Positions 16,634-26,008 of a stretch of 64,000 nt of DNA are shown here, in pieces. Numbering within the stretch: the stretch's first letter is position 1; every line of letters starts with the position of its first letter. Source of the stretch: Fimbriimonadia bacterium (GTDB taxonomy: Bacteria; Armatimonadota; Fimbriimonadia; Fimbriimonadales; JABRVX01). The notes beneath the pieces are model-generated. The model saw only the letters and a program-made list of their open reading frames with translations, was not told where the DNA came from and searched no databases. Made by a program: the position numbers and the translations under genes. Where the stretch lies: NCBI GenBank assembly GCA_041483895.1, contig JBGPGO010000001.1:64001-128000 (forward strand), given 5' to 3'.

Positions 16634-18277
16634 TTGATTAGAGACACGCTAACCCAGCAAATACGCCAAGCCGTTCGCGACGCGGTGCAGGGCGTCGAAG
16701 CACCGGAGTTCGTCGTCGAGCGGCCGAAGAACCCGGAGCACGGCGATTACGCCTGCAACGTGGCCCTGCTACTCGCCAAAGCCGCGAAGAAGGCGCCCAT
16801 CGCCATTGCCCAGGAGCTCGCCTCCCGTCTCACCGGCGATCCGATCGAAAGCGCGGTGGCCGTTCCGCCGGGTTTCATCAACCTTCGCCTGCGACCGGCT
16901 TTCGTCGCGGGCCAGGTGGACGGGATTTTGCAGGCAGGCACCAAGTTTGGGGAAGCGCATGTCGGCGCCGGGCAAAAAGTGCAGGTGGAATTTGTCAGCG
17001 CAAACCCGAACGGTCCCTTGACCCTCGGTCATGGTCGCAACGGCGTTCTGGGGGATGTGCTGGCGCGGTGTTTGCAAAAAGCGGGATACCAGGTGGAGCG
17101 CGAATTTTACATCAACGACTCACTCACCTCGCTGCAGATGCAGCTTTTTGCCCTCAGTGTCAGGGCGAAGTACTTGCAGCTACTGGGCGTGGATGCGGCG
17201 TTTCCGGAAGACGGATACAAGGGCGAATACGTCGCGGATATCGCGCAGGCATTGCGCGAGAAGAATGGCGATCTATTGGCAGATGGCGATGAGGAAGAAG
17301 TCCGGGTGCGATTCCAACTTCTGGCGGAAGAAGAGATGCTGCGCGAGCAGGAACAAGAAATCAAAGACTATCGCCTCAGCTTCGATCGATTTGTCAGCGA
17401 GCGGTCGCTGCATGACGGCGCGGTCGAAGCGGCAATCGAGGCGATGAAAAAGGGCGGGCATACCTACGAAAAGGACGGCGCGCTGTGGCTGCGTGCGACC
17501 GACTTTGGCGATGACAAGGACAGGCCGCTCGTGCGAAGCAACGGCCAACCGACCTACATCGCCTCCGACGCCGCCTATCACAAGGACAAATACGATCGCG
17601 GATATGACAAGATGATTGTTGTGCTTGGCGCGGACCACCATGGGTATCAGGCCCGCATGCACGCCGTCGTTTCCGCGCTCGGCTATGACCCGGCGAAACT
17701 GGTCATTTTCATCTATCAACTGATCCGGCTGTTTCGCGGCGGGGAACAGGTGAAGATGTCGACGCGCGCCGGCGACATCATCACGCTGCGAGAAGTGATG
17801 GATGAGGTGGGCGTGGATGTTACGCGCTATTTCATGTTGATGCGCTCGCATGACAGCACGCTCGATTTTGATTTGGATTTGGCGAAGAAGCAGTCGGATG
17901 AAAACCCTGTTTACTACGTCCAATATGCGCACGCAAGGATTTGCAGCATCTTGCGGAAGGCGGCGGACGAAGGTCTGTCGCACGAAGGTTTCGATTCGTC
18001 CAAGCTAACTCACCTTATGGAGAAAGCGCTGATCTTGAAGCTGCTGGAGCTGCCCGAGGAAGTCGAACTTGTCGTGAGAAATTTGGCCCCGCATCGGCTG
18101 ACCGTGTACGCGCACGAGTTGGCTCGGCAGTATCATTTATTCTATGATTCCTGCCGCGTGATCGATGCGGACGATCCCGAGAGAACAAAGGCAAGACTCG
18201 CGCTTTGTCTCGCGACGCGCACCGCCCTGCGCAATACCTTCGACCTGATCGGCATCTCCGCACCGGAGCGGATGTGA
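16634..18277 (+). CDS. argS: Arginine--tRNA ligase
   Basis: HGDYACN, VEFVSANPNGPLTLGHGR, GADHHGY, KMSTRAG, NPVYYVQYAHARICSI, ISAPERM; start probably TTG 16634. Confidence 0.98.
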   Translation: MIRDTLTQQIRQAVRDAVQGVEAPEFVVERPKNPEHGDYACNVALLLAKAAKKAPIAIAQELASRLTGDPIESAVAVPPGFINLRLRPAFVAGQVDGILQAGTKFGEAHVGAGQKVQVEFVSANPNGPLTLGHGRNGVLGDVLARCLQKAGYQVEREFYINDSLTSLQMQLFALSVRAKYLQLLGVDAAFPEDGYKGEYVADIAQALREKNGDLLADGDEEEVRVRFQLLAEEEMLREQEQEIKDYRLSFDRFVSERSLHDGAVEAAIEAMKKGGHTYEKDGALWLRATDFGDDKDRPLVRSNGQPTYIASDAAYHKDKYDRGYDKMIVVLGADHHGYQARMHAVVSALGYDPAKLVIFIYQLIRLFRGGEQVKMSTRAGDIITLREVMDEVGVDVTRYFMLMRSHDSTLDFDLDLAKKQSDENPVYYVQYAHARICSILRKAADEGLSHEGFDSSKLTHLMEKALILKLLELPEEVELVVRNLAPHRLTVYAHELARQYHLFYDSCRVIDADDPERTKARLALCLATRTALRNTFDLIGISAPERM

Positions 18278-18600
18278 AGCCGTTCGTTCTCCATTTCCGC
18301 GACGCGCTGAGGACGGCCGAAGGCGAAATCGAGGTGCGGACTTTGCTGCTGAGAGAGGCCGCCGAGGTGAGCAAATCGGAACTGATCCGTCTAGAGCCAG
18401 GGGCGGTTACACGGGAGCAATCGCATTCCGATGAAGAAGAGGCGTACCTAATCCTGAATGGGCAGGGGTATGTGATTCTCGATGGCGAGGAGCATGCGGT
18501 TGAGGCCCCCTGCTTTGTCTGGATTCCCAGGAATTGCCGGCACTTTGTCCGCGCGGGCGATGGCCCACTGGAATATGTCTACTTTGCGGCTTTCATATGA
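18274..18600 (+). CDS. Cupin domain protein
   Basis: QSHSDEEEAYLILNGQG...VWIPRNCRH cupin motifs; GTG overlaps the argS stop. Confidence 0.8.
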   Translation: MKPFVLHFRDALRTAEGEIEVRTLLLREAAEVSKSELIRLEPGAVTREQSHSDEEEAYLILNGQGYVILDGEEHAVEAPCFVWIPRNCRHFVRAGDGPLEYVYFAAFI

Positions 18601-19256
18601 GAAACCTTTACCAATTTTAGATCAGCGTCCTGGATCAGTCCGATTCCCGGCGCATAGACCTTGTACTCCTTGCTCCTCGGTTCCAGCGGCGTTGTTTCTT
18701 CCGTTTTGACGCAGTTTTTGAATGTCCCCGCCTTGGTTACCAGCACATGGTCTTTCGCTATGATCTTCGCTCGATCCATCGCGATCTTCGGCGCCACTTC
18801 CTCATAGGAGGCACGGCCCACCTTGATCTTTCCAGGCATCATTAAACCGAATTTTGCCCCGTTCTTGCCGGAACGCCAGGCGCCGTCGTGGCTCACGACC
18901 TTGCCATTCTCGTACATATCGACGTCCTCGCCAAAGTAGTAGAGATCATGCGTCATCTTGTCGATGGCATAGAAGTTACGCGAGACTTCAACGACGTTGC
19001 CGCCTTCGCTCTCTCGCTCTTCCACCACCCGAGTCTCCACGCCATCTACCATTTCGGTGTCCGGGAGGACCGAAATCACGAGGCTATTATCGCCCCCGGC
19101 AAGCTCCAATCGGTGGCCGACCTCCAGGATAAAATAGGGATTCTTGCCCGTCGAAACGAGATTCTTTTTGTCAACCTGGAAATGGTCTGTCCAAGTTTGC
19201 TGGGCGACGGTCATGGAGCACAACATTGCCAAAATGACGGAGACTCGTGTGTTCAT
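18579..19256 (-). CDS. Conserved hypothetical secreted protein
   Basis: Signal peptide; NPYF.L..G, DLYYFGEDV, GAWRSG, KEYKVYAPGIGLI; -10 box 7 nt before ATG 19256. Confidence 0.75.
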   Translation of the reverse strand: MNTRVSVILAMLCSMTVAQQTWTDHFQVDKKNLVSTGKNPYFILEVGHRLELAGGDNSLVISVLPDTEMVDGVETRVVEERESEGGNVVEVSRNFYAIDKMTHDLYYFGEDVDMYENGKVVSHDGAWRSGKNGAKFGLMMPGKIKVGRASYEEVAPKIAMDRAKIIAKDHVLVTKAGTFKNCVKTEETTPLEPRSKEYKVYAPGIGLIQDADLKLVKVSHMKAAK

Positions 19257-19274
19257 AGGTACCATTCTATCAGA

Positions 19275-20177
19275 ATGGATGCCGAATTGCTTGCGATTAT
19301 GGGACCTACCGCATCGGGGAAGACCGCCGTCGCGATCGAACTGGCCAGGCGATTGGACGGCGAAATCCTATCCGCTGATTCCATGCAGATCTATCGCGGG
19401 ATGGACATCGGCACCGCTAAGCCCACTCCGGAGGAACAGAGGCAAGTCCGATTCCACGGCATCGATCTCGTTGATATCGGCCAGGACTTCACCGTCGTAG
19501 ACTTCCAGAAGTACGCGACGAAAACCGCCGCCGACATCCGTGAGAGGGACAAGTTCCCCATCCTTTGCGGCGGCACCGGCTTTTATATCCGCGCCTATCT
19601 GGAAGGCTTCACTATTCCCGCGGCGCCCCAGGACCGTGAAACCCGACGACGACTCCAACAGCTGCCCGGACCGGAGCTTCACAAACGTCTCCAAGAGGTC
19701 GACCCGATCGCCGCTGAGAGGATTGAGGCGAATGACGCCTTCCGCATCATCCGCGCCTTGGAGGTCTACGAAACCACGGGCCGCCCGATGAGCGAACAGC
19801 AGGAGCGCAACCCCATCCCTCTCCAAACAGTGAAAATCGTGCTGGAATGGGATCGTGAGGAGCTATTCCATCGGATTTCCCAGCGAACCGAACAAATGCT
19901 GGCCTTAGGTTGGTTGGAGGAGACGCGGAATCTACTGTCGAAAGGGTATAGTGAGGGTCATATCAGTTCGCGGGCCCTAGGGTACCGCCACTTGGTGGCG
20001 CATATCAATGGAGAAATTGCACTGGCTGAGGCCGCCGAACGGATAAAATTGGACACGCGCCGCTATGCAAAGCGGCAGATGACTTGGTTCCGAAAGGAAC
20101 CGAATGTTTGCCGGATAGACGCCAAAGAAGGTGTCCCGGCTACTGTAAATCGAATAATTGCGTTGTTGCATAGTTAG
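19275..20177 (+). CDS. miaA: tRNA dimethylallyltransferase
   Basis: [45 protein letters not shown]; real start ATG 19275. Confidence 0.97.
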   Translation: MDAELLAIMGPTASGKTAVAIELARRLDGEILSADSMQIYRGMDIGTAKPTPEEQRQVRFHGIDLVDIGQDFTVVDFQKYATKTAADIRERDKFPILCGGTGFYIRAYLEGFTIPAAPQDRETRRRLQQLPGPELHKRLQEVDPIAAERIEANDAFRIIRALEVYETTGRPMSEQQERNPIPLQTVKIVLEWDREELFHRISQRTEQMLALGWLEETRNLLSKGYSEGHISSRALGYRHLVAHINGEIALAEAAERIKLDTRRYAKRQMTWFRKEPNVCRIDAKEGVPATVNRIIALLHS

Positions 20178-20185
20178 GAGTCGAC

Positions 20186-20467
20186 ATGCCTAAGGCGATT
20201 AATCTTCAGGACATGTTCCTGAATCAGGTTCGAAAAGAAGGAATCGGCGTTACCGTGTATTTGATTGGCGGGGTTCAGTTGCGAGGGCTCGTCCGAGGGT
20301 TCGACGCATTCACCGTCCTACTGGACAGCCCCGGAAAGCCGACACAGTTGGTTTATAAGCATGCAGTCACCTCGATCGTTCCCGCTCGACCGATCAGCGG
20401 TTATCGACCGGCGCACGAGGTTGGCGAGCACGCGGATTTCCATGATGAACCGCCGATGGAGCAGTGA
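20186..20467 (+). CDS. hfq: RNA chaperone Hfq
   Basis: [34 protein letters not shown]; follows miaA. Confidence 0.97.
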   Translation: MPKAINLQDMFLNQVRKEGIGVTVYLIGGVQLRGLVRGFDAFTVLLDSPGKPTQLVYKHAVTSIVPARPISGYRPAHEVGEHADFHDEPPMEQ

Positions 20468-21312
20468 CCCCAGGGTCGCTTAAATTCACCAAGATGCATG
20501 GGATCGGCAACGATTTCGTTGTCGTGGATGATCGCGCCGATCCCATTCCCGAATCCGAGCTTGCTTCCCTTGCCAGCGCGGTCAACAACCGCCGAACGGG
20601 GATAGGGGGGGATGGGCTCATCCTCATTCGCAACTCTTCCGACCACGATTATCAGATGCGGATGTTCAATCCCGATGGCTCCGAAGCGGAGATGTGCGGG
20701 AACGGCATCCGGTGTGTCGGAAAGTATGCGTATGAGCGGGGGATTGTGACATCTCGGTCGGTGACGGTGGAGACGAAGGCCGGCCCGATTGGCATCGAGT
20801 TGGTTGGCGAGCAGGTGCGGGTGGATATGGGTCCTTCGCGCTGGCTTCGGGGTGAGATTCCCGTTGCCGGCCCGCCTTCCGAAACGTTTTTGCGGCAGCC
20901 GGTTGGGGAGTTCGAAGTGACGGCGGTCTCGATGGGCAATCCCCATGCCGTGATCTTCGTTCCGGATGCAACGGCCGTGCCGCTGGCGGAGTGGGGGCCT
21001 CGGCTGGAAAACGATCCGATCTTCCCTGCTCGAATCAATGTTCACTTCGTCCAAGCAGTCTCGCGCGTCGAGATCATCCAACGGACGTGGGAGCGGGGGG
21101 CCGGGGCGACTCTGGCCTGTGGCACCGGGGCGTGTGCCTGCGCCGGGGTTGGGCATCGTCTCGACCTATTAGACGACACGGTGTTGGTCCACCTCCCCGG
21201 CGGCGACCTGACCATCGAGGTGACCCCGTCCACCATCTTCATGACCGGCCCAGCGGTGGAGGTATTTTCCGGGACGTTCCGCCTCGCACCAACGCCACAA
21301 CCGGTTACCTAG
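20464..21312 (+). CDS. dapF: Diaminopimelate epimerase
   Basis: [35 protein letters not shown]. Confidence 0.97.
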   Translation: MTPGSLKFTKMHGIGNDFVVVDDRADPIPESELASLASAVNNRRTGIGGDGLILIRNSSDHDYQMRMFNPDGSEAEMCGNGIRCVGKYAYERGIVTSRSVTVETKAGPIGIELVGEQVRVDMGPSRWLRGEIPVAGPPSETFLRQPVGEFEVTAVSMGNPHAVIFVPDATAVPLAEWGPRLENDPIFPARINVHFVQAVSRVEIIQRTWERGAGATLACGTGACACAGVGHRLDLLDDTVLVHLPGGDLTIEVTPSTIFMTGPAVEVFSGTFRLAPTPQPVT

Positions 21313-21322
21313 GGGTCGAATT

Positions 21323-21892
21323 GTGCTCTACCCGTTGTTACCTTGTATTCCAATGCTGCTGAAGGCGACGACACGTTCCGAGCTTGGACTAGAGGAGACT
21401 CAGATCGAACATATCGAACAATGCTGGAAAGGCAAACGAAGCGAGAGGCGCAGGCCGCGCGGCATGTGGCAAAAGATGCTCCTTTGTCTTACCGACGCAC
21501 AGAGAGAGCGGCTGTTCCAACTTGTACTACAACGATCAGGTGCGACCGCGATTTACCTTGAACCTTTAGCGCAGGAGCGGTTGGGAATTTCGCAATCTCA
21601 ATTGGAGGAGCTTGGAAGACTGCGCGACGATCGTGAGAAGGAAATGGATCGAATCGTGAGATCGAAGAAGCCGACTTCGAAGCCAATGGAGCCGTGGATG
21701 ATGCAAGTGGTCGAGAAGGGTAGAGGGCCGCTGATTGCCGCCATTCTCAGAATGATGGAATTTGGGGATGCCCCGAATCAGCGTTTGGAATCCGGTTCTT
21801 ATGAAGTGCTTACCGAAGAACAAAAGAGCAGATTCGAGGAACTGAAAGGCGTTCCGTTCGATTTCTCAGAATTCAATCGGCGGAGGGAGTGA
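21323..21892 (+). CDS. Hypothetical helical protein (Spy/CpxP-like repeats), paralogue 1
   Basis: ELGL...Q / LT..QRERL.QL.LQ..G / LTEEQK..FEELKG.PF.F; start uncertain. Confidence 0.6.
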   Translation: MLYPLLPCIPMLLKATTRSELGLEETQIEHIEQCWKGKRSERRRPRGMWQKMLLCLTDAQRERLFQLVLQRSGATAIYLEPLAQERLGISQSQLEELGRLRDDREKEMDRIVRSKKPTSKPMEPWMMQVVEKGRGPLIAAILRMMEFGDAPNQRLESGSYEVLTEEQKSRFEELKGVPFDFSEFNRRRE

Positions 21893-21898
21893 CCCGAG

Positions 21899-22498
21899 AT
21901 GTCGACAATATCGTTTTCTCCTCGCGCACCTGTGATTCACCTAATCCTAGATGACTCCGTCCGAGCGGAACTTGGTGTTTCGCCCGATCAGGTCACCCAC
22001 ATTGGCGGGGCGTTTCATCGCGCACGCGCGACCGAAGGGATGCATTATTGGGAGAGGGCCAAAGCGCTTTGGCAAGACGCGATTTCTTTTCTCAGCGACG
22101 TGCAGCGCAAACGTTTGCTCGAGCTTGTATTGCAATACGTGGGCGAAAGGGCAATCGTGTCGGAACCGGACGTCCAATCTACACTCGCGGTGACTCCCGA
22201 GCAACTCACCGGTATCCACTCTCGCGTTGAACAGTTCTTAATGGATCGTGAGCGGGCTTTGATGTATGGACGCGATGAGGAATCGAGCGACGCCCAAAAA
22301 TTCCGCATCCAACAGCATGGACAAGATCCAAGCGCCGCACTCACCGCTCCACTTTACACGATTCGCAAGTTGCAAACACAAGCGAATAGTGATATTAGAT
22401 CGTTGCTTTCCAAGAACCAGCTCGCTGAATGGGAGCGACAAAAAGGAAATCCATTCTCATTTCGCGATTTCCTCCACCTTAGCGCTAACGAATCGTAG
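21899..22498 (+). CDS. Hypothetical helical protein (Spy/CpxP-like repeats), paralogue 2
   Basis: ELGVSPDQ / LS..QRKRL.EL.LQ..G / LSKNQ..EWE..KG.PF.F, collinear with the upstream gene. Confidence 0.6.
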   Translation: MSTISFSPRAPVIHLILDDSVRAELGVSPDQVTHIGGAFHRARATEGMHYWERAKALWQDAISFLSDVQRKRLLELVLQYVGERAIVSEPDVQSTLAVTPEQLTGIHSRVEQFLMDRERALMYGRDEESSDAQKFRIQQHGQDPSAALTAPLYTIRKLQTQANSDIRSLLSKNQLAEWERQKGNPFSFRDFLHLSANES

Positions 22499-22526
22499 CC
22501 AAGTTTTTGGGTAGCTGCGGGTTCGC

Positions 22527-23648
22527 ATGGAGCCGCGTGACCGAATCACTATCATCATACGCCTGCTTTTGTATATTCTTGTGCTTTTTTCCCCTCGAAA
22601 GACCCGATCATCGCCGCCGATGGACGACAATGGATTTGAGGCGGGAATCTTCGATGTCGGCGCGGCGTTCGTATCCGGCCAGCCCACGGAAGACGCACTT
22701 CGGCGCTACGCAAAACAAGGCGTAACAACTGTCGTCTCCGTGCGCACACAGGAAGAGATGGACGACCGAAAAGCCGTTCCGTTCGACGAGCCCGCCCTTC
22801 TAAAAGAACTCAAGGTCAAATATGTCCACATCCCGATGGGGCCATGTTCGCCGGCGCTCGTAAAGCAGTTCGCCGAAGCGATGGACAACGCGCACGGAAA
22901 GCTGCTGCTCCACTGCACCGTTGCTTGGCGCGCCACCTACATGTGGATGGCCTACCTCATCTCCTACAGACACTATTCCGTAGACGACGCATGGAAGGCC
23001 GGGATGCAGATGAGCGTCACTGTGGACCGCTCCGCGATGATGCTGGATTCCGATGTCTCCTACACAGCAACGCCGCACAGAGACGGCGCGCGCAAACCAA
23101 AAGAGGGCGTGCTTTCCAAACCGGGCTCAAAGTTGAAAATTACATCACCAAGAGTGATGAACGCGCCAACAGGCCATTGGCCGGAATTCGTCATGTGGGA
23201 CCTCGGAGACATCTTCAACGCCGCGCAACCGGACGAAAAGCGCCTTAGGGAGCTGGCCGCGCAAGGCGTCAAGACAATTGTCAATCTTCGCGCGCCGCAG
23301 GAGATGGAGGCCCTGAAGAAGCGCGGATTCGATGAAGAGGCGGTCGCCAAAGAGCTGGGGATGAAGTATGTCAACGTGCCGATATCGGGTTGGCAGACGT
23401 TCACTCCCGCCAAGCTCACGGAAATTGCCGAAGCGTTCGAGCACGCAGAGGGCCGCATTCTCTACCACTGCCAATCGGCCAGTCGCACGACGCAAGCGCT
23501 CGTTCCCTATCTGGTCAAATACCAGGGAATGTCGCTGGACGAGGCGACGAAGGTAGGCGAGTCGATGCGGTGGACGAACATGCTGCCCGAGCTCCTCGGC
23601 GCGGACTTCAGCTGCACGCTAAAGGCCAAGGCGGCGCCCGGCCACTAA
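22527..23648 (+). CDS. Tandem DUF442 (Blh/PTP-like phosphatase/sulfurtransferase) domain protein
   Basis: Two repeats of SGQP/AAQP...QGV.T.V..R...E...Y..P with CX5R-like loops HCTVAWRA and HCQSASRT; start uncertain (22527 or 22620). Confidence 0.75.
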   Translation: MEPRDRITIIIRLLLYILVLFSPRKTRSSPPMDDNGFEAGIFDVGAAFVSGQPTEDALRRYAKQGVTTVVSVRTQEEMDDRKAVPFDEPALLKELKVKYVHIPMGPCSPALVKQFAEAMDNAHGKLLLHCTVAWRATYMWMAYLISYRHYSVDDAWKAGMQMSVTVDRSAMMLDSDVSYTATPHRDGARKPKEGVLSKPGSKLKITSPRVMNAPTGHWPEFVMWDLGDIFNAAQPDEKRLRELAAQGVKTIVNLRAPQEMEALKKRGFDEEAVAKELGMKYVNVPISGWQTFTPAKLTEIAEAFEHAEGRILYHCQSASRTTQALVPYLVKYQGMSLDEATKVGESMRWTNMLPELLGADFSCTLKAKAAPGH

Positions 23649-23715
23649 TTGGGACCCCCATGCGCGGACTTTCCATCCGAGAATATAATAGAAGTCGAAA
23701 CGATGGAAATCCGCC

Positions 23716-25794
23716 ATGTCAACCGACAAAGCCCAACTGCTCTTCAACCAGGCTCTGGAGCTTCACGACCGGGCCGACGAATCCGCCGACGACGCGGAGG
23801 CTTTGTTGCTGTTACGCGCCGCGTGCGCAAAGTTCACGCAGGTCGTTCGGGCGCGACGGACCTTTCGCAACGCACATCTTAAGTGGGGACTAGCCTTAGG
23901 TGCGATCGCCGCTCGGACCCAAGACAGTGCTCAAAAAATGCGATTTCTGTTGGAGGCGGAGCGGCAATTCAAGCAGGCTACAGACATAGATCCCAACGAT
24001 TCGGATGCTTGTGCAAATTTGGCCAATACACTTTGTGACCTGGCCGATCAAACGGGTCGGTCGGAGATTAGGGAGCAATTGTATGAGCGCGCATATGGCT
24101 GGTACGCCAGGTCGGTAGAAATAACTCCGGACGATTCCGAAACCTACTACAACTGGGCAACGTCGCTCATGGGCCACTCCAAAAGATCGACAGGTGATCC
24201 CGCTGTTGAGTTGTTACAGTCTGCTGCCGCAAAGTACCAAATTGCGCATCAACTCGACCGCATGGGGTCGAACATACTGTCGAATTGGGGCATGGTGATA
24301 TCGTACATTGGTGAGAAGATTGGCCCGGATCCGATCGCGATTTGGTATTTTGAAGACTCCTATCGCAAGTTCAGGCTCGCCCTCAAAATCGAACCTACTG
24401 ACCATCCCACATGGAACGCTTGGGGCAATGCGTTATACGAACATGCGTACCGGGTCGAGGACGATGGCGACGCCATTGGGTTGTTGAAGCGCGCTGTACA
24501 AAAGTACGAGAGGTCAGTCGCCGCCAAACCAACGTATGACAAAGCTCTTGTGAACTGCGGAAACTCCCTCAGTGAAATAACCAAGAGGAGTTCGAAACGC
24601 GGCTCATGGTACTGGTCACAGCGAGCCGAGGAGGTTTATCGAAGTGCGCTAGACATCAATCCGAAAAACGCCGATGCATGGTTCTTTCTCGGCCGACTGA
24701 TGATGAATCGTGCCCAAAAGTTATCGAAGGACCAGGCGGCGATTCCACTTTTGCAACAGGCTTGCGAGCGCTATGAGCAATCCTCTCGGATCGATCCGAT
24801 CCGTGCGGATCTGCACAACCGTTGGGGAGAGGCCTTGCTAGGCCAAGTCAAACGCAGCATGGACGACCCAAACACGCTTGAGCTTTTCGAACTAGCCAGT
24901 GAGAAGTTCCAAGCCGCGATCGACATCAAGCCGGACTATGAGGGAGTCCACCATAATTTGGGAAACGCGCTTGTCTATGGTTACCTGAAAGCCGAGCCAA
25001 TGGAGATAGCACTTCAGTGGTTGCGGCTATCATACCTGGCGTTCGAGAAATCGGTGGAACTGGATCCGGACAACCTTTCGTCATTCCAAGATTGGGGTCT
25101 GGCTCTGACGTACGAAGCAGAGGCGACAGATGACGATGGAGAGGCGATAGTTCTGTACGAGCGGGCGTGCGCGAACTATTGTGAAGCGATCAAGATTTGG
25201 CCGGAGCATGAATGGACGCTTTTCCTGTTGGCCGATGCACTCTTGGATCAGGCTAAGCGGACGACAGACCAAGAAAAGGTTAACAAGTTGCTGCTGCAAT
25301 CGACGGAGATGGCCGAGCGCTCATGGAAGATCGACCCGAACGACTCTGAGGTGCTGAATGTTTGGGGCTTGACTCTCCAAAAGCGCGGCATGGGGACGAA
25401 GGATCGGGTCGATGCGCTCCGATTGTTCCAAGATTCGGCTTCGAAGTTCGAACAGGCCGTCGCCATCAAGCCTGACTACGACTTTGCGCTCGACAACTGG
25501 GGCTATTCGTTGGGACGACTCGCGCTATTAACCGGCGATTTTGATGCGCTGTGGCTCCTCGCTTCCGAGGAATTTGATCGCGCCGACCAAATAACGAAAG
25601 GTTTTTCCTTCTACGATCGGGCTTGCTTGGCGGCGCTGCGGTGCCGACAGGATGAGTGCAGGATCTGGCTGAAGAAGGCCGAGAAATGCGGCACATTGGA
25701 ATCAAAACGGCACATGGAACGGGATCCCGACCTCGACCCGGTGCGAGACACTGCGTGGTTCAAAGAGTTCTTGGAGAGGTTAGCACCGTGTTAA
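23716..25794 (+). CDS. Long TPR-repeat protein with C-terminal 'TPR end-of-group' cap
   Basis: Many ~44-aa NWG..L...A..K(F/Y)..A..I.P repeats; C-terminal YDRACLAAL...DPDLDPVR..WF. Confidence 0.85.
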   Translation: MSTDKAQLLFNQALELHDRADESADDAEALLLLRAACAKFTQVVRARRTFRNAHLKWGLALGAIAARTQDSAQKMRFLLEAERQFKQATDIDPNDSDACANLANTLCDLADQTGRSEIREQLYERAYGWYARSVEITPDDSETYYNWATSLMGHSKRSTGDPAVELLQSAAAKYQIAHQLDRMGSNILSNWGMVISYIGEKIGPDPIAIWYFEDSYRKFRLALKIEPTDHPTWNAWGNALYEHAYRVEDDGDAIGLLKRAVQKYERSVAAKPTYDKALVNCGNSLSEITKRSSKRGSWYWSQRAEEVYRSALDINPKNADAWFFLGRLMMNRAQKLSKDQAAIPLLQQACERYEQSSRIDPIRADLHNRWGEALLGQVKRSMDDPNTLELFELASEKFQAAIDIKPDYEGVHHNLGNALVYGYLKAEPMEIALQWLRLSYLAFEKSVELDPDNLSSFQDWGLALTYEAEATDDDGEAIVLYERACANYCEAIKIWPEHEWTLFLLADALLDQAKRTTDQEKVNKLLLQSTEMAERSWKIDPNDSEVLNVWGLTLQKRGMGTKDRVDALRLFQDSASKFEQAVAIKPDYDFALDNWGYSLGRLALLTGDFDALWLLASEEFDRADQITKGFSFYDRACLAALRCRQDECRIWLKKAEKCGTLESKRHMERDPDLDPVRDTAWFKEFLERLAPC

Positions 25795-25802
25795 GCTTCA
25801 TT

Positions 25803-25910
25803 GTCATTCTGAGCCGGTCGAAGAATCTCTTTCTAGAGTCCCTTCCTACCGCTAACGATTGCGGTTGGTGAGAGGTTTTGAAAGGGATTCTTCGACCGGC
25901 TCAGAATGAC
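25803..25910. repeat. 108-bp REPIN/MITE-like hairpin (REP family C)
   Basis: 31-bp inverted arms GTCATTCTGAGCCGGTCGAAGAATC(T/C)CTTTC at 25803-25833 and 25880-25910 with one mismatch; imperfect inner pairing; lies between convergent genes. Confidence 0.9.
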
Positions 25911-26008
25911 GTGGCGCTTTGTCCTCAGTGGGCCGCTTCTTGCACGGTGGTCGCGCGCGGGTCTTGGTGGAGGCGATTCGAGCACGGAGTCGGGACGAGG
26001 ACCCGCGG

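Noticed and set aside
18888..19274. Apparent N-terminal extensions of miaA (also tilS 57790, UPF0182 53143, aldolase 38816, HAD 30253, livK 39258, rpsF 53015)
   Set aside because: These are longest-ORF artefacts overlapping neighbouring genes, repeats or leaders; better starts exist downstream.
22496..22540. GTAGC-started segments as a further family-B REP
   Set aside because: Too degenerate to align with confidence.
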